This document shows, in pieces, positions 1-10,220 of a stretch of 56,476 nt of DNA. A model generated the notes under the pieces. That model had not been told where the DNA came from, searched no databases, and saw only the letters and a program-made list of their open reading frames with translations. Both the position numbers and the translations under genes were made by a program. The DNA is from Mesotaenium endlicherianum (lineage: Eukaryota), in the NCBI GenBank assembly GCA_009602735.1, contig WELA01002943.1, forward strand, positions 60,447 through 116,922. Reading direction: 5' to 3'. Positions within the stretch are counted from its first letter, which is position 1. Each line of letters opens with the position of its first letter.

Positions 1-2
1 CC

Positions 3-374
3 CCCCCCCAGGGGTTCAGACCCCCCCCCCAGGGCTACGGCAGAGGACCCCCGCAGGGCTTTCAGGGGGGGGGCATGCCTCCTCCTCCTCCTGCTCCCCA
101 GGGGTACCCCCAGGGTCCCCCTCCGCCACATGGCTTTCAGGGGAGGCCGCCCCCGCAGCACCAGGGCTTTCCACCTCAGCAGGGGGGGTACCAGGGAGGG
201 CCGCCACCTGGCATGCGGGGACCGCCGCCCCCCATGGGCCAGCAGGGGCCTCCGCGCGGCATGCCGCCGCCACCTGGCGGACGTGGGCCGCCTCCTCACA
301 TGGGCCAGCAGGGCCCGCCACGTGGCATGCCCCCACCACCCCATCCAGGAATGCAAAATCAGCAGGGCAGGTAG
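3..374 (+). CDS. 3' end of a Pro/Gly/Met-rich protein, most like the C-terminal tail of snRNP core protein SmB/B' (partial, gene starts upstream of window)
   Basis: Frame is open from the window edge (PPQGFRPPPQGYGRGPPQGFQGGGM...) to TAG at 372-374. It contains PPPGMRGPPP and repeated RGMPPP motifs typical of SmB tails. The Sm domain is not in the window, so other proline-rich splicing factors cannot be excluded. Confidence 0.55.
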   Translation, partial: PPQGFRPPPQGYGRGPPQGFQGGGMPPPPPAPQGYPQGPPPPHGFQGRPPPQHQGFPPQQGGYQGGPPPGMRGPPPPMGQQGPPRGMPPPPGGRGPPPHMGQQGPPRGMPPPPHPGMQNQQGR

Positions 375-1773
375 TATCTGCTGCAGACGCCTGCAGGCTG
401 TGCTCTGGCCTATTTTGTCTCGCTTTGTCTCATTACATGCAGAAAGGTAGCTTCAAAGAGGCACAGGCGTGTATAACTTTTTACCTGGGTGCCTGGCGAC
501 AGGTGGCGACAGGCTGCTACCGCGTAGCTAAGCAGCGTGCTGTTTATGGAATCCTAGGCCAGCCAGAGGTGAAGGAGGCCCACCTGTGAATGTCAGCTGC
601 ACGCGTGCATACTTTAACAACTACTAGTCGTTGTTGTGATAACTCTTTTCCTTAAGTGAGGATGTCGCAAGCAAGGGATCCGTTTCAGCGACGTGTTTTT
701 ATAAAGAGTGATGTCTTAGTCAGATGTTGACTGCATTGGCGTCGAGTGATGGTTGTCGAATCAGCCGGGTGTTGTGTTGGCGTCAAGTACAGCTGGACCG
801 CAAGGGCCTGCCTCCATAGGTAACGTGGCACAGTGTGGCAGCGGGTGCTGTGTTGCATGGGTACTCGTGAAGTGTTCCACGACATGCAATCAATCTTTAC
901 ACGAAGACGTCATGTAAGAAGGAATCAACTATGCACAAAGGAGTATCTAAAAAGATTCAGGCAAGCAGCAAGCAAGCTCTCCAGCTGAGAGCATCAATCG
1001 TATCATGGTAACCTGAGCAGCCAGACTTCTCTTCCTCCTCTGACCATAGCTGCAGGACAAAATTTGTTATAAAGGGGGACTGATGTACTCTGCTCATACG
1101 TGAGCTCAGAAACTAACTAGCTCTCTATGCTCGTTCATGTATGGGCACTAGCTATCGCGACAATTTGCAAGTATGATGTCGTCTGCACACACAGGGAGGG
1201 CATGATTGGTGTTCATATGGACCAAGTAACTGTATCCAGTGGCCATAGTTGTTTCCAAGCTGGCCACTTGCCCCCCCACATCATTGGGCAATGGAGAGTA
1301 CGTCCGTCCATGTCTCTTATTTACACGCTTAAAACACTTGCTGCTAGATGCATCTGGTGCCTTGGTGACTTTCCAGAGCCCCACGCATTGAGTGTATGCA
1401 TACTGTATACACGCTATGTACACTTGAAAAGGTCGCAGTGGCAGAAGAAGAGGTGGGAGTCACATGGCCAAGCAGTTCCCAGGGGAGAATGCAGGAGCCA
1501 TAGATCCCGTCACAAGTGCGCGCCGCAGCACTGATTAATGCCGACGCTTTCCGAGGCAACGCAGAGGCAACCGCCACTGGTCAGGGGTTAACCGCCACCA
1601 GTCAGGTGTGACCTTCAGTCAGCACCCACTCGGCGCTTCCGAAGAGACAAAACGCAAACGCCGTGCGTACTTTACAGGGGAAAGCCGATCTCCAAGCACT
1701 GAAGCCGGCGCTTCCGAGGCGGCGACGAAAGTGCAAAGGCGAACACAAACGCAAGAGCAGCCGCGTGTGCGTT

Positions 1774-3413
1774 TCAGGGGAAGCCGATCGTCAGCACCAG
1801 CGCCGACGCCTTCGGGGCAAGGGAGCCGCTCACGATGACGTACTCCTTCAGCTCGTCCTTCTCCCAGTCCCTCAGGCTCGCGCATCGCGCCTCCTGGTTG
1901 CTGTGGCGGTCCCCCCGAGCGTCCGAGACCATCAGCCAGACGGCGCCCTCGCGGGGCATCCGGCGCTCCTCACCCACAAACATGAGGTACACGGCCCACG
2001 CGCCGCGCAGCTGGCGCTTGCGGTGCTCGACAACTGTCACGGGGAACACCTGCACAAAGTAATAGTAGCACCCCCGCACGCACACCACGTACGAATCGTC
2101 TCCCGTGCACTCAGCTGTAGCCATGGCCTCCCCTGGCCCCGTCCCCTTCCCCGCCCCTGCAGCCCCCGCCCCTGCCCCCGCTTCCCCTGTCGCCGTCCCC
2201 GCTTCTCCTGCCCCAGCCCCTGCTGCCCCCGCCCCTGTTGGCCCCGCNGGGCTCCACTTGTGGGGCTGCTCCCTTTCCCCACCGTCCCCCTCCCCTTCGC
2301 CCTCGCCCTCCCCCTCGGCGTCGGCGTCGGCGCTGTAGACGCTTACGTTGTGCACTTCGACGAGATGGGCGACAAGCTCCAGGGGGGCGTGGAAGCGGCC
2401 GCAGCTCTCGCTGCGGGGGCAGGGGAAGGGGCGGAAGCTGCAGGCTCCCTCGTGAGCTGGCAAGTCCGGCAGGGAGTGCAGGGCGGGGCAGCCTGCCGGC
2501 TGGAAGACACACGGCAGCAGGAGGCTCTGCGCGAGGCGCTCGAGGGCGAGGCAGCGCACGTAGCCGCTGCCGTCGCGACAGGTGGGGCACGCGGAGGAGT
2601 CGGCGCGGCCACTGCTGCCGCCGCCGCCGCCGCGGCTGGTGCTCATGATGCTGATGTGGTCCTTGCAGAAGCTGCAGACCACGTGCCCGTTCACACACTG
2701 CAGCAAAAGCAGCAGCACAAGCCACAGGGGGTCGCGACATACAGGTAATGACGAGCAGTAAAGCCGCTGATTACGCCACGTCTGAGCAATTGGGGCCGAG
2801 GAGATTTGACGAGCAGTGAAGCCTCTGACCAGGCGAGTCCTGCCTGAGCAATTGGAGGGGGGGGGGAGGGGCTTTGACGAGCAGTGAAGCCTCTGACCAG
2901 GCAAGTCATGTCTAGACTGCTAGCTGCGACAGGGTCCGCTCCCCCGAGGGACAAAATTGCATGCGATAACGTGCCAATAGAGACTGGGAGTGCTTCTTGA
3001 GCGAGAGATTTTTCCATGCACTCAGGGTGTGTTTAGGGGGAATGAACACAGAGGACTATACAGCACAGGATAGTAGATTGATTATTGCTATTAAATACAT
3101 CATTGTGTAAATTTAGCGATTAGGTTACCTGAAATATTGGACTGGACATGGAGCACATGCACAGCGGGCACTCCAAAATGTCGGCATCGAAGCTGCCGGT
3201 CAACCTCATTGACTTCTTCCGATCGTCAGAACCTCTGGGCGGGCTTGGAGTTGACCTTTTTATTCCTTTAGGAGAGGCCCTCGCCTCATCCTCTGGGCGC
3301 AACACGTGAGGGACTCTCTCCAAATCGTTGCAAGCACTTCCAGATATGTCTAGGTGATGACTGTAGCGTGGCGATCTACATCTCAGTTCAGACGGTGCGA
3401 TGAACCTGGTCAT
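1774..3413 (-). CDS. SINA (seven in absentia)-family RING E3 ubiquitin ligase, 2 coding exons
   Basis: Exons 3413-3129 and 2697-1774 joined by a GT-AG intron (CAG|GTAAC...CTGCAG|TGT). Spliced product gives LECPLC...PIFQ|CVNGHVVCSFC...CPTCR (SINA RING), then RCLALERLA..LPC..GC..HE..CSFRPFPCP..C..LVAHL..H (SINA zinc fingers). One N at 2248 lies in a low-complexity insert. Confidence 0.88.
2749..2907. repeat. Degenerate tandem repeat, about 58-68 bp x 3, in the SINA intron
   Basis: TGACGAGCAGT(A/G)AAGCC(G/T)CTGA recurs at about 2749, 2807 and 2875; the first two copies are followed by CTGAGCAATTGG. Confidence 0.8.
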
Positions 3414-3712
3414 GCTTGGGAAAGTAATACGTCAAACAAAGCGATACTATTGGCAAGCGATAATCTGCATGAATGATGAAGAATCTATAGGAGAGAGCTC
3501 CTTAACACTCACTGCAATGCAGTGACTGAGAGTTATGCAGTGACTAAGCACTCTCAGCAGCGTTCATCACATACAAGTGCGATCATTGACTGCTTGGCAT
3601 TCGCATAAATTAGCACACTCATGCAGAACGAGCAACACCCGCAGTTACCCCCCCCCCCCACCCATTGCTTCTTGCAAATGCGCGCGCGAAAAGCCATAAC
3701 GAGACCCGATAA

Positions 3713-3876
3713 CTTTATATAAGGGGCCATTCGAACGCCCTTGGGTCCTAACTCCTAAGGTGGTGACTCGTGAGGCGTCAAATCACCTGTAACATATTTA
3801 CACATAGATATCCCTACTGCTTTCTGAGCGTCAGCACTAATGGGCCCCGAGTGGCCCACATGGGCCTCAATGGGCC
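3713..3876 (-). promoter_or_regulatory. Probable SINA promoter: TATA box plus a cluster of site II-like (TGGGCC) elements
   Basis: Minus-strand TATATAAAG at 3713-3721. TGGGCC/GGCCCA at 3841, 3853, 3861 and 3871. A possible 5'-UTR intron lies at about 3464-3647. Confidence 0.4.
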
Positions 3877-4279
3877 CCGTCCAAAACGATTTGGGGAAAA
3901 TACATCTTTACCATCGAATTGCGCCGTTATACCAGATTCACCATCGATTTGGTGCAAACTGGACAGAAAAATACACATTCTTCCGATTTGGACAAAAATA
4001 TCAAGTTGTCTACTACAGAAATACCAAGGTGTACAAATTCAGGTTATCATACGCTTTGGACCACGCTGGCCACTGGTTTCCTTCATCGTATTGTTTTTAG
4101 ACGATAGTTGTCCGTACCTACGTACATCTTCGACCAAAATGGTTGTCCGTAGGAAACCAAAAGATAACTGACCACCTGGCACGGCTTAGATGACACGACA
4201 CGGTCAGACACGAGGCTGGCTAAAACGACATCTAAAACCAACTCATATCGGTCCTGACGCGTCAGCAGGACCGTAAGTC

Positions 4280-4361
4280 CGTGTTCGGCAGGATTCGAAC
4301 CTGCGCGGGCGAAGCCCACATGATTTCTAGTCATGCCCGATAACCACTCCGGCACGAACAC
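4280..4361 (-). tRNA. tRNA-Ser (anticodon AGA), intronless
   Basis: Reverse complement is GTGTTCG-TGCCGGAGTGGTTATCGGG-CATGA CT AGA AA TCATG-long variable arm-GCAGGTTCGAATCCTGC-CGAACAC-G. It has a 7-bp acceptor stem, A and B boxes and discriminator G. Plant-type CAA sits immediately upstream and TATATA about 25-35 nt upstream. Confidence 0.97.
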
Positions 4362-4893
4362 TTGATGTTCACACCTGCACAATACCTATATATATACATT
4401 TTTTTCTAAGGTAGTTGGGGTTGAGCCATGTCACCAAACGGTTTGTCATACAGGGCATCCGAGTGCAGGCAGAACACAAAGAATTTGGACAGGCGGGTCA
4501 ATCTTTCGTGGATTCAAGAGATGGGAAATCCTAAGTGGGCCCAGTTAATTGTCCCACCCGGTCGACATGGATCGACCAATTTGATCCGTGTCCTGACGTG
4601 CACATTTTCAACTTGAGGCCAGAACTTCATAAACAGATTGACGTCTTTACCTCTTTGTAGGCCGGTGGTAAAGTGTGGTAGATAAGAAGTGCTCATTCTT
4701 GCTTTATGCAACAAGGGTCGACGGCACATCTCACACTTATTCTTTGGCAAATAGCCTTAGGGCCGCATGGGGAGGAGAACTGCTGCTGCATATATTTCAA
4801 GTGACTAGAAATTTACCAGTGTTCAAATACGGTAGACATAGCTTGTCCATAAAATGCCACTTTTCTTTTCAACCAATCATGGATGTCAACTGC

Positions 4894-4963
4894 ACTCCAC
4901 AACCTTTCAATTTTCACACAAGCGGTATACTCCACAACCTTTCAATTTTTACACAAGTGGTAT
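4894..4963. repeat. 35-bp direct tandem duplication
   Basis: ACTCCACAACCTTTCAATTTT(C/T)ACACAAG(C/T)GGTAT occurs at 4894-4928 and 4929-4963. Confidence 0.85.
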
Positions 4964-5402
4964 ATTTTGACGCTAGGCCCCCTATGTTAAGCCCTCATCA
5001 ATCAACAGCCCAAATACCCTACAAAAAGGAATGGCATGGGTTAAGATCCGCTCCTAATTCCGATGCTTTTCTCTTCATGTTACAATGTGCCCAAGGCTGA
5101 AAGGATGTCTTTTTACTTTGAGATGTAACTAATCATGGACCTTACCACCCAAGAATCTGTGCCTCAGTTGCGAGAGAGATACAAATTTATCACAAAATCG
5201 GTAGCGGAGATGACATGCTGCTCAACCACATGTTAAAATGTTCCTCCACGTCTTCATCGGCCCACATCGCGCCCTCTATAACAATAAAACCCCACTTCAC
5301 CTTGAAGCCGTGGCGATTGGGCGTCACAACTACGGCCCAAGCTTGCAGCAATCAGCCAGCTGTCAGTATAGCGTTATTATAGTAGCGTTATTACAGTGCA
5401 GG

Positions 5403-8400
5403 CTAGGGAGCCATAGGCGTCGGGACCAGGTCGTCGTCAATAAACGCTCGGATGATGGAACGCACGTCCCTGTCAACATCCGGCACATAGCGACGGAAAA
5501 ACACAAAACGATGCGGGGTGAGAGAGAGTGCACAAGGTGCGCCCGGCGCAACATCCGCCATTTCACGCGACGCTACCGCACCCACAGAAGGTCAACTCAG
5601 GCATCGACATCACAAAACATAATTTTGCCCCACCAGAACCGTTCCTTCGCCCTTTTCCTCCTCCCAAGCAGGAGTGCCAAGCTTCCCTCCTCCTCCTCCA
5701 TCCCCCTCCTCGTTCTTGTGCCCCCCCTCCCGTCCTCCTCTCATACGAGCCTGGGTTGCCAAGTGGCAGGCAGCAGCATACGCAGGCCCGCTTGCCCGCC
5801 CGCGTGTGCCAAAGCGCCGCTAACGCCCTAGAGCATCGGCAGCATTGCATGCGAGGGGCCGCCCCCGCAAACTGTCGCGAGAATTATCCCGCGGAAGAGA
5901 GGGAAGGAGGGGGCCACTGCCACCATCAAGAGGCATCGAAAGACGAGGGAGGGAGAAGAGGGAGTGGAGGAAGGAGCACAGGGGGGAGCAGGAGGAGGGG
6001 AGGGGGGGGGTGATCGCTGCCACTTACGAGTCCGCCCGGAAGCCGAGCGACAGCGCGCGGGGGGTGGCGATGCGGCCGGGCCAGCTCGTAAGAATTCGGT
6101 TTATGACGGCGTCCTCAGACCACTCCACCTGCACCCCGCCGAGCGCCGCCAGGTGGCAGCGGCCGGCGGCCCCAGTCAGGCTCGCGACGGGAGAGCTGCC
6201 CTGCAGGCGGCCACCGGCGCATCGGGCGCCAAGAGCGATGCCAGGTGGCGCACGTGGGGACTCTGAGCGGGAGCTCGGCGCAACCCCACGGGAAAGGAGG
6301 ACATGCAGGGGGATCCCAAGCCACCCCCCCCAGCCCCCAATTTCACAACCCCCTCACAGCAGGGCTCAAGGGAGCTGAGGCTGACGCTGCAGCTGCAGCT
6401 GTGGCAGAGCTTCCGAGGTTGGCAGATCTGAGACCGAGAAGAGGGGGAAGAGAGCAAAAGAAAGAGAAACCGGAAGAGCTCGCTTCGAGTACGGCATACT
6501 TCCAGAATGTTCTCGGTCGTGAATTCTTCCATGCGTATCTTCATCGATGACGTCACTCGCTTCACGCATGTCTTCATGCCGTTGCTTCGTTCAACACGGA
6601 GCTCGGGGGAGCGCGAGCTCGCTCGATACGACAAAGAAAAACGGCGAACCAGCAGACAGCAACTGACAGAGTACACAGATGGACGGACCAACGAACGCAG
6701 CGAGCGAGGTTCACGAGGTCCCGCAGCGCGCATGTGTCGCGCGCGCGTGCTTGCTGCAGCCGACTGTGACGGCGGCGACCGTGGCGGCGACCGTGGCGGC
6801 GGCTGCGGCGGATTCGGCCGGCGAGGAGGGAAGAGGGGGCTCGAGGGAGAGGGGGCGCGCCCGGCATGACCAGAGCTCCGCGTGTGCGAGGGTGCGAGAA
6901 GAGAGCTCACCAGCCGGGTGTCGCCTCCTGCTTGGCCGAGAGCAGCCACCATCTCCTCGGGCGTTGTCTGCAAACGCAGCAGAGGTGATGACAGGTGTCA
7001 AAGGGGGATTGAGCGGTGGGCTGGATGTGACACAGGTGCGCCAGGGTCATTATTGGCTCAAATATAATGTAGCCAGCCGGAAACTGTGGTTGGAAATCAA
7101 AAGAAGACCTCCTGTTACATGCACGCCTTGGTGGACCAGCACGCTTCTCCTCCCGCTCTGCTCTATTATTCTCAATACATCCCCCAAGCACACCACGCGC
7201 CATGCACACACGCACACGCATGCATGCACGCACGCACGCATACGCACGCGCACGCATGCACGCACGCGTCGCATGCACGCACACACGCATGCACACACAT
7301 GTACGCACACGCATGCACGCATGCACACACATGCACGCATGCACGCACGCGTCGCATGCACGAACTCCACGCACACTCACATACGCGGAGTGGACAAGTG
7401 CGCAGCCTCGGCGCGTTGCACGTGGGCCCGCGCGTGAGCAGCGCAAGCGGCAGCTGCAAGACGTGGCCCACTCCCTCCTCTCCAGCACTGGCAGACTCCG
7501 TGAGGGACAAGGAGAAGGCGCAACACACTCCCTCTGGAACAGGCAGACCGCCCCTGGCAATCTTGCTGTCGCAATCATGCGTGCCTGCGATGCAAGTTCC
7601 GTCTAAGAGCAGCAGGGAACGCTCTAAACGCTCTCAGAGTTTCAGAATTTCGGCTGGGGCTTGAGTGTGCAGCTTTCCACCAGGGGCCGAGGGGCCAAGA
7701 GGCGGCAGGGGTTTCGGGCTCGAGCCTTTGCCTCTGGCTGTACGGCTGTACTGTTTAGGGTTCGAAGAGAGGAAGAGGTGCACGGGAACAGGAAGGCGTA
7801 CGGTGAGGCCCGGCAGCGTGATGGTGCGCGAGAGAGCGCTTTCGTCCACAGCAACTCGGCCCGCGTGGATCAGATTCTCCACCACCGTCCTCGGCGACTG
7901 CAGAGACGTACGCAAACGAAGGAGCTTACTGTACTGGGAGCAGTTCTGACAAGTGGGGCGCTTTTCGCGACGTCCCACGCACCGCACGCATGCACCCGGT
8001 TTACCACCGTCCTTCCACCTGGGCAGCTGCATTACCCAGCAGGAACGTGTTGACGTTGTTCGGTGCCATGGCTATAGGGTTCCTATCGAGACGTACATGC
8101 GTGTGCACATTCACGCACACCGATATATACGTTAATGAGCATGTTCACATACATATTTCTGTATTTCTGTATCACAGTGAAGAGCACAGTGATTTCAGGC
8201 GGATAGAAAAGGGTAAGCAAAAATCCGGGGCTGCCACATCCATCGTCAGTGATTGCTCACCTGCCCGTCCAGCCACGTAGAAAGAGACTGGGAGAGAAAA
8301 CGAGGAGAGCAAGAGGTCAGTGGAAAGGGGTCTGGTCTTTACACAAAAGAAAGGGACCCAACTTCTTTCCCGCACTGGCTTTCTCCACCACCCACCCACA

Positions 8401-10015
8401 AAAAAAAACTCCTCTCCTCCTCGCCCCTTCCTGCCGCAAGGAGGCACAAGAGCGTACAGACTGGCTATAGAGGCAGGAGGCGCCAGCTGGCGGGCCGGGT
8501 GCTGACCTGGATCCAGAGGGACAGCTGGCGGTGCACGGGGCAGACCGCTGGCAGGCCCTGGAGGGGTTCGCGGATGATGGAGGAGCAGAAAGACGACGCC
8601 GCACTGTTGGGCCTGCTCTCACGCGCGCACGCACGCACACACACAGCGCTTCAAATGCCACTCAGCATCTCTTATGACAAGCCACTGGTGAAAGCATCGG
8701 TGCACTCAGCAGCAGCAGCAAGGAGCAGCGGCATGCGCCATCATCACCATCACCATCACCATCACCATCGTTGTGGGGGACTCCAACAGAAAGTTTAAAA
8801 TCACTAGAAGTGCACAGCCACACGCACGCACACAAACGCACACCCTCTCCCTCTCTCCCTCCCTCTGTCTCCCTCACTCCCTCTGACGGATACAGACCCC
8901 ACGAGCACCCACACTTGCTTTTACGCCCACATGCCCCACACGTCCACACACGCCACACACGCACTCACACCCCACACGCACACACACCCACACCCACACC
9001 CACACGCCCATACGGACTCGCACACGCACAAAGGAGCACATAAAGGAGCGCACAAAGAAGCGCACGCTTCCACTCTCAAGCCTTCTCAGCAAACGAGCGG
9101 AGGAGCAGCCACGGCCGTCCGCCCCCCCCTCGTCCTGCGCTGCCCTGGCCCATCCTCGCTCCACGCCCTTCCAAATACCCCTTCACACGCCCCTTAAAAT
9201 GCAATTTCACTTTCATCGCATGTAACCTCCTCGTACCGCTCTGTGCCACGCTCTGTGTCTCCAGCGCTATGCTGAACCCTTCCGCGCTTAGGGTTTCGGG
9301 TTTTAGGTTTGCTGCCGTAGCAATGCGGCGGCAGCCCACCGCTGACCCAACTTAAAACCCTGTAACCCTGCCTCACCCCCTCCGGGCTTAAACCAAAAGC
9401 CCCTAAAAAGCTAACCCCCAAAGGTTCTAACTCTAAGCCCAACCCCAAAAGCGCAATGGGAAGATCAACACTTGCTGGGGTGCACGGAGAAGTAAGCAGA
9501 CGAGCTCAGTGGCCGACCGCCTCCGTGCACATATTAAATTGTATGTATGATGCCAACTGTGACCAAATCGTAACCCTTACCCTAAAAGTAACCGGACCCC
9601 TAACCATCGTGCGCATGTGGACAAGGCCAGTGCGTGCCAAGGTGCACAGCAACAGTGAGCAGGCAGGCGAGCGCAGCGGCCGTCCAACCTCTTATCTCAA
9701 AACCCTAACCCTAGCCTTGTGACTAGCCCTCCCCCAAACCCTAACCCTAACTGTAACTCTAATCCTGACCCTAACCTTGACCCTAACCCTAACCCTATAA
9801 AAGCCAAACCCTAAATTGCAGAGCATGGAGAAAAGACCAGTACTTGCCGGGGCGCACGACGACGGTGGGCAGGCGCACGCAGCGGCCGTCGACAAAGCCC
9901 CTTCTGGACGCGTCGGAGATCAGGAGCTCGCACATGGCCTTCTGCGCTGCACCCGCAGGCGTCCATCCCGCAGACCGGAATGCTGCCAGCTGTTGTCAGC
10001 ACAGCGAGCGGCGTC

Positions 10016-10095
<80 letters not shown>

Positions 10096-10179
10096 NNNNN
10101 NNNNNNNNNNNNNNNNNNNNNNNNNNNNNNNNNNNNNNNNNNNNNNNNNNNNNNNNNNNNNNNNNNNNNNNNNNNNNNN

Positions 10180-10220
<41 letters not shown>

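Noticed and set aside
1663..2748. 361-aa plus-strand ORF
   Set aside because: It is the antisense shadow of the GC3-rich SINA exon.
2749..2907. Repeat-spacer-like pattern suggestive of CRISPR
   Set aside because: Only three degenerate units whose spacers are themselves similar, in an intron of a eukaryotic gene with no cas genes.
6360..6700. Protein-like peptides on both strands (STAYFQNVLGREFFHAYLHR / MEEFTTENILEVCRTRSELF)
   Set aside because: They lie in a DenD-like intron, have no recognisable family and no consistent splice sites.
6900..7670. Long overlapping ORFs rich in HTHAR/CVCVR (also at about 27100-28300, 37800-39350 and 47200-47830)
   Set aside because: These are translations of CA/GT/CG microsatellites inside introns of identified genes and have no domain content.
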